Origin: an uncultured Acidobacteriaceae bacterium
GTDB taxonomy: Bacteria > Acidobacteriota > Terriglobia > Terriglobales > Acidobacteriaceae
Assembly (NCBI GenBank): GCA_964252445.1
Contig: CAXUND010000002.1
Coordinates: 20,803-84,802, forward strand
Reading direction: 5' to 3'
Length of the DNA stretch: 64,000 bases
The notes below the pieces were generated by a model. It did not search any database. It was given only the letters and a program-made list of their open reading frames with translations, and was not told where the DNA came from. The translations under genes were made by a program, and so were the position numbers. Shown in pieces: positions 56,188 to 64,000 of this stretch (within the stretch, counting starts at the first letter, position 1; each line of letters begins with the position of its first letter).

Positions 56188-58460
56188 ACTTTTTGTGAAC
56201 GCTGAACATCCTGGACTCCATGGACGCGACGCAACCCCAGTACCATGCGGTCTAAGTGCCGCACATCTTCTGCCTCGACTGTAAGCTCGACAATCGCTGT
56301 ATCGTTCGGTCCGGAGCGAGTGTCAATCGACCGAATGTTAGTGTTTTCTTCGCTGATGATGGCCGTCATTTCCTTGAGCATGCCGGGACGATCATCGCAG
56401 AAGACGGTCAGCCGAACCGGGTAGGTACGGCGGCCGGCACTGGCAACCGTATCGCCGGCGGTTTTTCCCCACTCAACCGAGATGCGGCGATCGGACTCAT
56501 AGAGCAGGTTCTGCACGTTCGGGCACGATCGCCCGTGTACCGCTACGCCTTTGCCGCGCGTGACGTAGCCGATGATCTCCTCGCCCCGGATCGGGTTGCA
56601 ACATCGCGCCCGGTAGACCAGCATCTCGTCGTGCCCTTCCACCTGCAACGAGTCCGCGCCCGCAGACCCCGAGTGCAGTGTCAGCCGCTTGCCGGCTTCT
56701 GGGTCGAGCAGCGACTCGGTCTCCGGGGCCGGATGGTTCGACAAGATGCCCGGCGCCAGGCGATTGAGCACCTGCCGTGCAGAGTACTTGCCGAACCCGA
56801 TCGCCGCCATCAGATCGGCCGGCGTTGACAGGCTGTACTCAGCTGCAAGCCGCGCGTAATCGGACTCCTGAAATTTCGACAAAGCCACCTTGTACTTGCG
56901 CGCCTCGCGGTCCAGCAGCTTCCGGCCGATCTCGATTGCTCGCTCACGCTGGTGCTCGTTCAGCCAGTGCTTGATCTTGTTGCGCGCTCGTGAGCTCTTG
57001 ACGATTGAAAGCCAGTCGCGGCTAGGAGTGTGGCCGGACTGCGTGATGACCTCGACGATGTCCCCGTTACGCAGCTTCGCCCGCAGCGGGACGATACGCC
57101 CGTTCACCCGGGCGCCGGTACAGGCGTGGCCCACCTCCGTGTGCACCGAATAGGCAAAATCAAGCGGACTGGCATCCTTCGGCAGCACCACGACCTTCCC
57201 CTTCGGGGTGAAGGTGTACACCTCCTCCGGGTAGAGGTCGATCTTGAGCGTCGAGAGAAATTCGTTCGGGTCGGTCATCTCCCGCTGCCAGTCGACCAGC
57301 TGCCGCACCCAGGCCAGCCTCTGCTCATCGCGTGCCGAAATGGGCGAGCCTCCGGCCTTGTACTTCCAGTGCGCGGCGATGCCTTCTTCCGCGATGCGGT
57401 GCATCTCCTCGGTTCGAATCTGCACTTCGAACTGGTGCCCGTTCTCGCCCATCACGGTTGTGTGCAGCGACTGGTACAGATTGGGCCGCGGCATGGCGAT
57501 GAAGTCCTTGATGCGCCCCGGCACCGGCCTCCAGATCGAGTGGATCAAGCCGAAGACTGCGTAACAATCCGCAACCGTGTTGACGATCACACGCAGCGCG
57601 AGCAGGTCATACAGCTGGTCGACATTGGTGTCCGGACCTTTGATCTTCTGGTTGATCGAATAGAGCCGCTTCATCCGCCACTCGACCCGACCTTCGATCG
57701 AGTGCTCCCGCAGCTTGTCGGTGAGCATCTCGCCCACGCCCTCGAGGAACTGCTCGCCCTCATCGCGGCGCGACTCCACCTCATCATGAACGTACTGCCA
57801 GGCCGTAGGGTCGGTATAGCGGAAGGCGAGATCCTCAAGCTCGCCGCGCAGCTTACCCATGCCCAGCCGGTGCGCCAGGGGCGCGTAGATGTCGAGCGTC
57901 TCCTGCGCGATGGCTTGCTGGCGATCCGGCTTGAGGTGCTCGAGCGTGCGCATGTTGTGCAGCCGGTCCGCCAGCTTGATCAGCACGACGCGCACATCCG
58001 TGACCATGGCCAGCAGCATCTTGCGCACACTCTCCGCCTGGCGATCCACCCGGTTCGCAAACTGGATCTTGTCGAGCTTGGTGACGCCTTCGACAATGTG
58101 GGCGACCTGGTCACCGAAGCGCGCGCTGATGTCTTCGGTGGTCACCGGAGTGTCCTCCACCGCGTCGTGCAGCAGCCCGGCGGCGATTGCCGTGGAGTCG
58201 AGCTTCAACTCGGCGAGGACAAGTGAGACCTCCAGCGGATGAAGCACGTACGGCTCGCCCGAGGCGCGGAGCTGCCCCGCATGGTGCTCCAGGCAAAACG
58301 CCCACGCTCGGCGGATGATGTCGACGTCATCTCCGGGCCGGTTGGCACGGACCATCTTCAGCAGAAGTTCAAAGCGAGGGGCGAGGGCGTCCGGAGTGGA
58401 CACGAGGCCGGGCGCAAGCGGCGAAAGAGGATTTTCGGGTGGACGATGGGCCGTCGCCAT
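56184..58460 (-). CDS. rel: bifunctional (p)ppGpp synthetase/hydrolase (RelA/SpoT homolog)
   Basis: 758 aa with an HD hydrolase domain (HPLEV..LHDAVEDT), a RelA_SpoT synthetase domain, and TGS and C-terminal ACT regions. Confidence 0.93.
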   Translation of the reverse strand: MATAHRPPENPLSPLAPGLVSTPDALAPRFELLLKMVRANRPGDDVDIIRRAWAFCLEHHAGQLRASGEPYVLHPLEVSLVLAELKLDSTAIAAGLLHDAVEDTPVTTEDISARFGDQVAHIVEGVTKLDKIQFANRVDRQAESVRKMLLAMVTDVRVVLIKLADRLHNMRTLEHLKPDRQQAIAQETLDIYAPLAHRLGMGKLRGELEDLAFRYTDPTAWQYVHDEVESRRDEGEQFLEGVGEMLTDKLREHSIEGRVEWRMKRLYSINQKIKGPDTNVDQLYDLLALRVIVNTVADCYAVFGLIHSIWRPVPGRIKDFIAMPRPNLYQSLHTTVMGENGHQFEVQIRTEEMHRIAEEGIAAHWKYKAGGSPISARDEQRLAWVRQLVDWQREMTDPNEFLSTLKIDLYPEEVYTFTPKGKVVVLPKDASPLDFAYSVHTEVGHACTGARVNGRIVPLRAKLRNGDIVEVITQSGHTPSRDWLSIVKSSRARNKIKHWLNEHQRERAIEIGRKLLDREARKYKVALSKFQESDYARLAAEYSLSTPADLMAAIGFGKYSARQVLNRLAPGILSNHPAPETESLLDPEAGKRLTLHSGSAGADSLQVEGHDEMLVYRARCCNPIRGEEIIGYVTRGKGVAVHGRSCPNVQNLLYESDRRISVEWGKTAGDTVASAGRRTYPVRLTVFCDDRPGMLKEMTAIISEENTNIRSIDTRSGPNDTAIVELTVEAEDVRHLDRMVLGLRRVHGVQDVQRSQKV

Positions 58461-58562
58461 ATCTGATTATAGGCATCTGCGGCTAGAAACTCTGCCTTTC
58501 AGACCTTCGTGCAGCTTCAGTCCGGTCCGGAGAGATGTTCAGACTGATGTGCAGCGCTTCGC

Positions 58563-58970
58563 TTAACCCCAGCTAAACTCGATAGGTGTCTCGATGTCCG
58601 GATGCAGGCTCTTGTGCACGGGGCAGGTGTGCGCTGCGCGCTCCAGCTTATGCTGGTTCTCGATGCTAAGCGAGTGAGGAACGTGAATCTTCACCGCCAG
58701 CCTCCGGATTCGCCGCGGCGGGGCGCTGGTCATCTCCTTTTCGACTGTCGCCGTGCTTCCCGCAATATCGATCTCCAGGGTGCGAGCCATGATGCCCATC
58801 ACTGTCAGCATGCAGGTTCCGAGCGCCGTCGCCACCAGGTCGGTCGGTGAAAAGCTCTCGCCGCGGCCTTGATTATCCTTCGGCGCGTCTGTGTTTATTG
58901 AGCTTCCGGATGGACCGTGGATGGCCCTGCAATGTAAGTCTCCCTGGTATTCGAGCTGGATGGTGACCAT
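58563..58970 (-). CDS. OsmC/Ohr family protein
   Basis: 135 aa with two conserved Cys (LGTCM and HTCPVH) in OsmC-type positions. Confidence 0.85.
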   Translation of the reverse strand: MVTIQLEYQGDLHCRAIHGPSGSSINTDAPKDNQGRGESFSPTDLVATALGTCMLTVMGIMARTLEIDIAGSTATVEKEMTSAPPRRIRRLAVKIHVPHSLSIENQHKLERAAHTCPVHKSLHPDIETPIEFSWG

Positions 58971-59020
58971 GGCTGTCCTTTTGCGTCTTTTAGTTCAAAG
59001 CGAGGCCCCGACAGCGACGG

Positions 59021-61828
59021 CTACTTAGTCTGCGCCTGTAGTTTGTTCAGTGCATCCTTGAGTGCCTCAAGCTTCTGCCCGGCTTCGGAGAGCTTCCCCG
59101 CAGCCGTCAGTTGCTGATACTCCTGGAAGTCCCTGCTCGCCTCACCGATCAGTGAAGGAACGTTGGTACTCGCTTGCGCGGAACCTGAGGCAGAAGCGGC
59201 CGTCGGCGCTGTTGCCGGCGCTCCATTCAAAGACGACGCTTCGCCACCAAAGAGCGATCCGAGTGCGGCCTCAAAGGTCGTGCCATAGGCAAGCTTGTCT
59301 TGCAATGCGAGCACCACCAGCCGCAGTTCGGGCATGGGGCTCTGCTGCGCCTGCAGATAAATAGGCTCTGCATACAGGAGCGCGCGTCCGGTAGGAATCA
59401 CCAGCAGGCTTCCCCGCACAACGTGCGATCCCTGCTGATTCCACAAGGTCAGCTGACCGGAAAGCTGTGCGTTCTGATCGATGCGGGCTTCTATTTGTTG
59501 GGGCCCGTCGATGAGTCGCGTCTTCGGGAAATCATAAACTTCTGCCGTGCCGTAGTTCTCGCCGTCGCTGCGTCCAGCAATCCATCCTATAAGATTGTTT
59601 CGATTTGCCGGAGTAAATGGGAGTATCTGCACAAATTCTTCGGTTGTTTGCCCTGGCAACTTCATCAAGACATAGTTGGGCTGCATCTGCTGAGCGCTTT
59701 GCTGACCGTTTGAGTCGGTGCCGGTTTCGGTAGCGACAGTCCATAAGTCCTCACGATTGAAGAAAACCTCCGGATTGGTCATATGGTAGAGGCCATACAC
59801 CGAGGCCTGCAGATCGAGCAGAGCTTCGGGGTAGCGCACATGAACGCGCAGGTCTCTCGGCATTTCTCCGGCATCTTTGAAAAGGTCGGGAAAGATGCGT
59901 CGGTAAGCGCCCAGGATCGGGTCCTCGTTGTCGAAGACAAAGAAGGTAGTGGTTCCGTTGTAAGCATCGATTACCACCTTCACGCTGTTGCGCATGTAAT
60001 TTACAGGGCTGTCGCCCAGCTGATAGTGCGTCGAGTAAGGATAGTTGTTCGAGATAGTAAAATCATCGATGATCCAGGAGAGGCGGCCGTCATCGCCTAC
60101 AACCACATAGGGATCGCGATCGAGGACCAGGAACGGCGCGAGCCTAGCGACTCTCTCGCGAATGTTGCGGTACATCAGAAGGCGGCTTTCCGGATTGACA
60201 TCATCGCTGAAAGGCAGCGTTCCCAGATCACCGCGATCGGCAGCGATCACGACCCGACGCGCAAAGCTGCCGAGTGCGATTCCGCCTGTACCCTGGTACG
60301 ACGTAAGACTATTACTCTGCCCCTGCGGGTAGTCGAACTCCTGCTGCCTCGTTTTCACGTAGACGTCAGTGTCGGTAAGTTCGCCGAAGTAAATTTCAGG
60401 CCTGGTCACCTTCAAGCCGGGAATCGTGCTCTGCACAGGCATATTGCCGAGCAGCAGAGTCGGTAACCCCTCGGCGGTAAACCCGTTTACGGGATTCATG
60501 GTCACGCCGTAGCCATGAGTGTAAACAAGCTTCTCGTTTATCCAGTTCCGGCTGCTCACAGGCAGCTTCGCTACATTCAACTCGCGCTGCGCCAGCATCA
60601 CTTCGCGCATGGTTCCATTCAGGTTGTAACGGTCAATATCGATGTCGGGGAAATCATAGTAAGTGCGGATCTCCTGCACCTGGCGCAGGGTGTCCTGGAG
60701 CGCTCGCCAGTCCCACAGCCGAATATTGTCAAGCGTCTTCTGATTATGAGCTGGATCTGCTGCGTCGATCGTGGTCTCGGCCGGAAATTCCTTTTGTTCG
60801 AAGCGATCGAGCCCGTACGCTTTCCGGGTGAACTCAATGTTGTGCGCTATAAAAGGCCCTTCGCGAACAAGCTCATTCGGTTTCACGATAAAGGTGCCGA
60901 CATACCAGCTCACCACCGCCAGGCCGATGTAGCAGAGTACGGCCGGCCCGACGGAGGCGATCATGGTGATGAACCCGCCACCCCTGACGGCATTCGTTCC
61001 CGCCACGATGGCACCAATCAGCAGCGCGCCTGAAAGGATCAGCAGCCCAAAGATCGTCACATGCGCGTCGGTATAGTTGATGCCGTCGAACAGCGTGTGA
61101 TGATCGAACAGCTGCTCGAAGCGGCTGATGTAGACGTTGGCCGCCATCACTAGCAGCAGGAACGCGCCTGCGAGGGAGAGCCCGCGCCAGGGAGACGGTG
61201 CGATGCTGAAGCGGCGTGACTCAAGGCTTCGGGAGCCGCTGGTGATCACGAGGAACAGGACTGCCGCAGCACAGCCGGCGATCGCAAGAGCGAGCAGCCA
61301 GCCGTTGATCAGCTGCCATGCGGGCAAAGTAAACAGGAAGAAATCAAGAGGCTTGCCGAAGATGGGGTCCGACACCGTAGACACGCGGCGGGGCGCATAC
61401 CAGAACAGGGCCAGCGTCGGCCAGTCTGCCATCATGACCAGACCGGCCAGGATCGCGATCCCGGTAGACGCGACCCAGGAGATGAAACGCAGAGCCGGCG
61501 CGACCGGAAAATGGACCTCGCGGCCGGCTATGACCAGCGCGCGGGAGCCCGGCAGGTCGGCCCGATGGAAGTGCCGCAGGCCAGAGAAAACACCGTAGAC
61601 GAGCAGGAAGGTGATGGCGGCGAAGATCGCGAAGACTCCTGCCTCCAGTCCGAAGGTTCTCCAGAAGATGGCTCCGTAACCGAGCGACTCAAACCACAGC
61701 AGCTCGACCCAGGCCGACAAGCCGATCCGCGCCGCGATGAAAACAACGAAAAAAAGCCCCGCGACGATGAGGAGCCGGCGGCGCTTTCGCCCAGGTTGCA
61801 CATGCTCCGAGCGAATGTATGTAGGCAA
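59021..61828 (-). CDS. UPF0182 family large membrane protein
   Basis: 935 aa with about 7 N-terminal TM helices and a large soluble domain carrying YTHGYGVTMNP and YPYSTHY segments characteristic of UPF0182. Confidence 0.78.
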   Translation of the reverse strand: MPTYIRSEHVQPGRKRRRLLIVAGLFFVVFIAARIGLSAWVELLWFESLGYGAIFWRTFGLEAGVFAIFAAITFLLVYGVFSGLRHFHRADLPGSRALVIAGREVHFPVAPALRFISWVASTGIAILAGLVMMADWPTLALFWYAPRRVSTVSDPIFGKPLDFFLFTLPAWQLINGWLLALAIAGCAAAVLFLVITSGSRSLESRRFSIAPSPWRGLSLAGAFLLLVMAANVYISRFEQLFDHHTLFDGINYTDAHVTIFGLLILSGALLIGAIVAGTNAVRGGGFITMIASVGPAVLCYIGLAVVSWYVGTFIVKPNELVREGPFIAHNIEFTRKAYGLDRFEQKEFPAETTIDAADPAHNQKTLDNIRLWDWRALQDTLRQVQEIRTYYDFPDIDIDRYNLNGTMREVMLAQRELNVAKLPVSSRNWINEKLVYTHGYGVTMNPVNGFTAEGLPTLLLGNMPVQSTIPGLKVTRPEIYFGELTDTDVYVKTRQQEFDYPQGQSNSLTSYQGTGGIALGSFARRVVIAADRGDLGTLPFSDDVNPESRLLMYRNIRERVARLAPFLVLDRDPYVVVGDDGRLSWIIDDFTISNNYPYSTHYQLGDSPVNYMRNSVKVVIDAYNGTTTFFVFDNEDPILGAYRRIFPDLFKDAGEMPRDLRVHVRYPEALLDLQASVYGLYHMTNPEVFFNREDLWTVATETGTDSNGQQSAQQMQPNYVLMKLPGQTTEEFVQILPFTPANRNNLIGWIAGRSDGENYGTAEVYDFPKTRLIDGPQQIEARIDQNAQLSGQLTLWNQQGSHVVRGSLLVIPTGRALLYAEPIYLQAQQSPMPELRLVVLALQDKLAYGTTFEAALGSLFGGEASSLNGAPATAPTAASASGSAQASTNVPSLIGEASRDFQEYQQLTAAGKLSEAGQKLEALKDALNKLQAQTK

Positions 61829-61900
61829 CGTTCCTCCGTGCCTCTCGATGGTGTGAAGATCACATCGATTCTACAAGGTGCTGCCGGTTACACTGGTCGC

Positions 61901-62287
61901 ATGCGCTTCCGCGTCACTACATGCTTGCTGCTGTGCCTGCTTCTGGCGGGCGGCTCGCGTGGCCTTGCTTGTGAGCTCGACTGCGGAACGCGGTCCTGCG
62001 TGGCTCAGCCTTGTACGGAACACACCCGCTCCATGGATCCATGTGCCGGCAACGCGTTCGATCATGTGTCGAACAATTGCGCAGACGGCGCATGCATCCA
62101 TCCGGATCCGGCGCTGACTGCCCGTTCGCTGGACGGACCCGCTGCAGAAGGGTCCGCTCCTGTGGTTTTGGTGCCGGTGTTACCGACTCCTGCACTCACA
62201 GGGGCAGCCCTGTCGTTGCTGCAGCAGGGTTCGTCTTCGCCGCCGGGAGCCTTCGCCCACCGGCGCCCCGTCTCGCTACGCATCTAG
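61901..62287 (+). CDS. small secreted Cys-rich hypothetical protein
   Basis: ATG at 61901 gives the signal peptide MRFRVTTCLLLCLLLAG. The mature N-terminal region holds 8 Cys in about 50 residues and the C-terminal half is Pro/Ala-rich. Coding status is unproven. Confidence 0.4.
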   Translation: MRFRVTTCLLLCLLLAGGSRGLACELDCGTRSCVAQPCTEHTRSMDPCAGNAFDHVSNNCADGACIHPDPALTARSLDGPAAEGSAPVVLVPVLPTPALTGAALSLLQQGSSSPPGAFAHRRPVSLRI

Positions 62288-62365
62288 GGTCTCCCACGCT
62301 GACGACGTGCCGTGCCCCGCACGCGGGGGCGCGCTCTGTGTCCTCCGCCGTCTGAGGAAAATCCG

Positions 62366-63694
62366 ATGCCGCTACCTTTCGCCTTCCGCGTCCTGATGAC
62401 GCTTTCCTGTGGGATCACCGTCGCCCTGGCGCAGGGTCCCGGGTGCGTTGAGACCATGCCAGGCATGCGGATGGGCCCGCCCGGAACTGCTCCGGCAAGC
62501 GCACTGGCAGACACAGTCCAGCAACATGTTTCCTCAGGCACCAGCGCCGAGCCCGCCGCCACGCCCATGTCGATGCTGATGAGCGAGCGCGCCGGCTGGC
62601 AGCTCATGTTCCACGCCAACGCCTTCCTTGCGGACCTGCAGCAGACCAGCCCGCGCGGCGGGGACAAGCTCTTCTCGACCAACTGGGTGATGCCCATGGC
62701 GGAGCGCCGCCTGGGGCCCGGATCGCTCACCTTGCGAGCCATGCTGAGCCTGGAACCGGCAACGATTACCGATCGCGAATACCCTTTGCTCTTCCAACAG
62801 GGTGAGACCGCGTACGGAAGGCCCATTGTTGATGGACAGCACCCGCACAACTTCTTTATGGAGTTGGCCGCGCTCTACGATCTTCCGCTCAGTGAGAGGA
62901 CGCTGTTTTCGGCCTACTACGCCCCGGTGGGCGACCCGGCGCTCGGTCCCACCGCCTATCCGCATCGGGCGTCGGCGTCGGAAAACCCGGTAGCGCCGCT
63001 CGGGCACCATCAGCAGGACTCGACCCACATCGCGGGCGATGTTGCGACGGTCGCGCTCACGCATGGCATAGTGCGGCTTGAGGCGAGCGGATTCCACGGG
63101 CAGGAGCCGAATGAGCATCGCTGGGAGATTGCACCGGGAGCAATGGACTCCTGGTCCACACGGCTTACGGTAGCGCCGGGCCGCTCCTGGATGGCGCAGT
63201 ATTCGTTCGGGCGCCTGCGCGCGCCGGAGGCGCTGTTTCCCAGCGAAGATCAGCAGAGGATGACCGCCTCGGTGATGCTCGACCGGCCATGGCGCGCCGG
63301 CAACCTGGCTGCTACCGCGCTTTGGGGGCGTACGCGGTCCTTGAGTGACGGGACAAAGGAGAACAGCTACCTATTCGAGGCCACGATCCGCTTTGAGAGA
63401 AGCAACTATGCATGGACGCGCATCGAAAACGCAGGTCGCTCGAATGAGCTGCTGCTCGATGGGCGGGCGCCGGGTCTACCTCCTGCATTTGCAGAGCAGC
63501 CGATCGGCCATGTGCAAGGCTACACCTTCGGCTATGACCGGGAGCTGCGAACGACGCCCTGGATAAACGCGGCAGTGGGTGCGCAGGTAACGACGTATGG
63601 AGTGCCGGGAGTGCTGCGCCCTGCTTACGGAACCGACCCGCTGGGCGTGGCGATGTTCATGCGAATACGGCCGAACGCCAAGGACGGGCACTGA
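62366..63694 (+). CDS. secreted hypothetical protein with Met-rich N-terminal region (possible outer-membrane/metal-associated)
   Basis: ATG at 62366 preceded by GAGGA. It has a signal peptide ending ALAQ and Met clusters (MPGMRMGPP, MSMLMSE). 442 aa. Confidence 0.55.
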   Translation: MPLPFAFRVLMTLSCGITVALAQGPGCVETMPGMRMGPPGTAPASALADTVQQHVSSGTSAEPAATPMSMLMSERAGWQLMFHANAFLADLQQTSPRGGDKLFSTNWVMPMAERRLGPGSLTLRAMLSLEPATITDREYPLLFQQGETAYGRPIVDGQHPHNFFMELAALYDLPLSERTLFSAYYAPVGDPALGPTAYPHRASASENPVAPLGHHQQDSTHIAGDVATVALTHGIVRLEASGFHGQEPNEHRWEIAPGAMDSWSTRLTVAPGRSWMAQYSFGRLRAPEALFPSEDQQRMTASVMLDRPWRAGNLAATALWGRTRSLSDGTKENSYLFEATIRFERSNYAWTRIENAGRSNELLLDGRAPGLPPAFAEQPIGHVQGYTFGYDRELRTTPWINAAVGAQVTTYGVPGVLRPAYGTDPLGVAMFMRIRPNAKDGH

Positions 63695-63705
63695 AAGGAA
63701 GCGGA

Positions 63706-64000
63706 ATGAGCGTTGAGCTGGGCGCGGAGGCGAAAGCAGTCCATCTGGTGATGGATCCGGTCTGCGGCATGAAGATCGATGCCGAGAAAGCGGCAGACCG
63801 CGTTGATTGGGCGGGCTCGACCTATTGGTTCTGCGGCAAGGGATGCGGCGCCAAGTTCCGTGCTGATCCTGAGCGTTATCTTCAGCCCCGTGTCGAAGTG
63901 TATCCAGTCCTAGCTCCCGAACCGCGGACTGCCTCATACCGCGGCCTGCCTCCGCTCTCAGGCGCGCGGTACATCTGTCCCATGGACCCTGAGGTCGAGG
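63706..64000 (+). CDS. heavy-metal (copper-type) P-type ATPase, N-terminal fragment with YHS/TRASH domain (runs off window)
   Basis: ATG at 63706 preceded by AAAGGAAG. DPVCGMKID..YWFCGKGCGAKF is a YHS/TRASH-type motif, followed by the YICPMDPEV heavy-metal-binding motif. Confidence 0.72.
   Translation, partial: MSVELGAEAKAVHLVMDPVCGMKIDAEKAADRVDWAGSTYWFCGKGCGAKFRADPERYLQPRVEVYPVLAPEPRTASYRGLPPLSGARYICPMDPEVE

Overview
High-GC (about 60-65% by eye) chromosomal segment. Gene content and style suggest an Acidobacteriota (Terriglobia-like) genome; that is an inference, no search was run. I count about 60 protein genes, 2 tRNAs, and no rRNA, CRISPR array, transposase or integrase. All calls rest on motif and domain recognition in the supplied ORF translations plus manual checks of start codons and RBS in the nucleotide sequence.

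Most of the window is housekeeping:
- Lipid A and fatty acid synthesis: fabZ-lpxA-lpxI.
- Central and biosynthetic genes: fbp, purA, folP, dacB, lipA, msrA, ppa, purS, glmS, rel/spoT.
- Carbohydrate-storage and glycan-degradation genes: GT4 glycogen-synthase-like, otsB-otsA, GH31, GH3.
- Secreted peptidases and amidohydrolases.

Accessory or unusual content:
1. A SIR2-like (NADase-type) protein fused to at least 8 copies of a 43-residue helical repeat. It is split by a 1-nt frameshift in a G4 run and sits between an orphan ABC ATPase plus orphan response regulator and a tRNA-Gly/tRNA-Cys pair. This is the best candidate for an undescribed single-gene defense or stress effector.
2. A RES-Xre type II toxin-antitoxin pair.
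3. A gap of about 750 bp with atypical codon bias. It holds two overlapping small Cys-rich ORFs that share an identical 14-nt 5' end, and a perfect 13-bp palindrome.
4. Decayed GGDEF and GNAT gene remnants.
5. An APC permease with no canonical start codon.
6. A putative metal-handling locus at the 3' edge: a Cys-rich small protein, a Met-rich secreted protein, and a YHS-domain P-type ATPase.

Many long antisense shadow ORFs typical of high-GC DNA were rejected.
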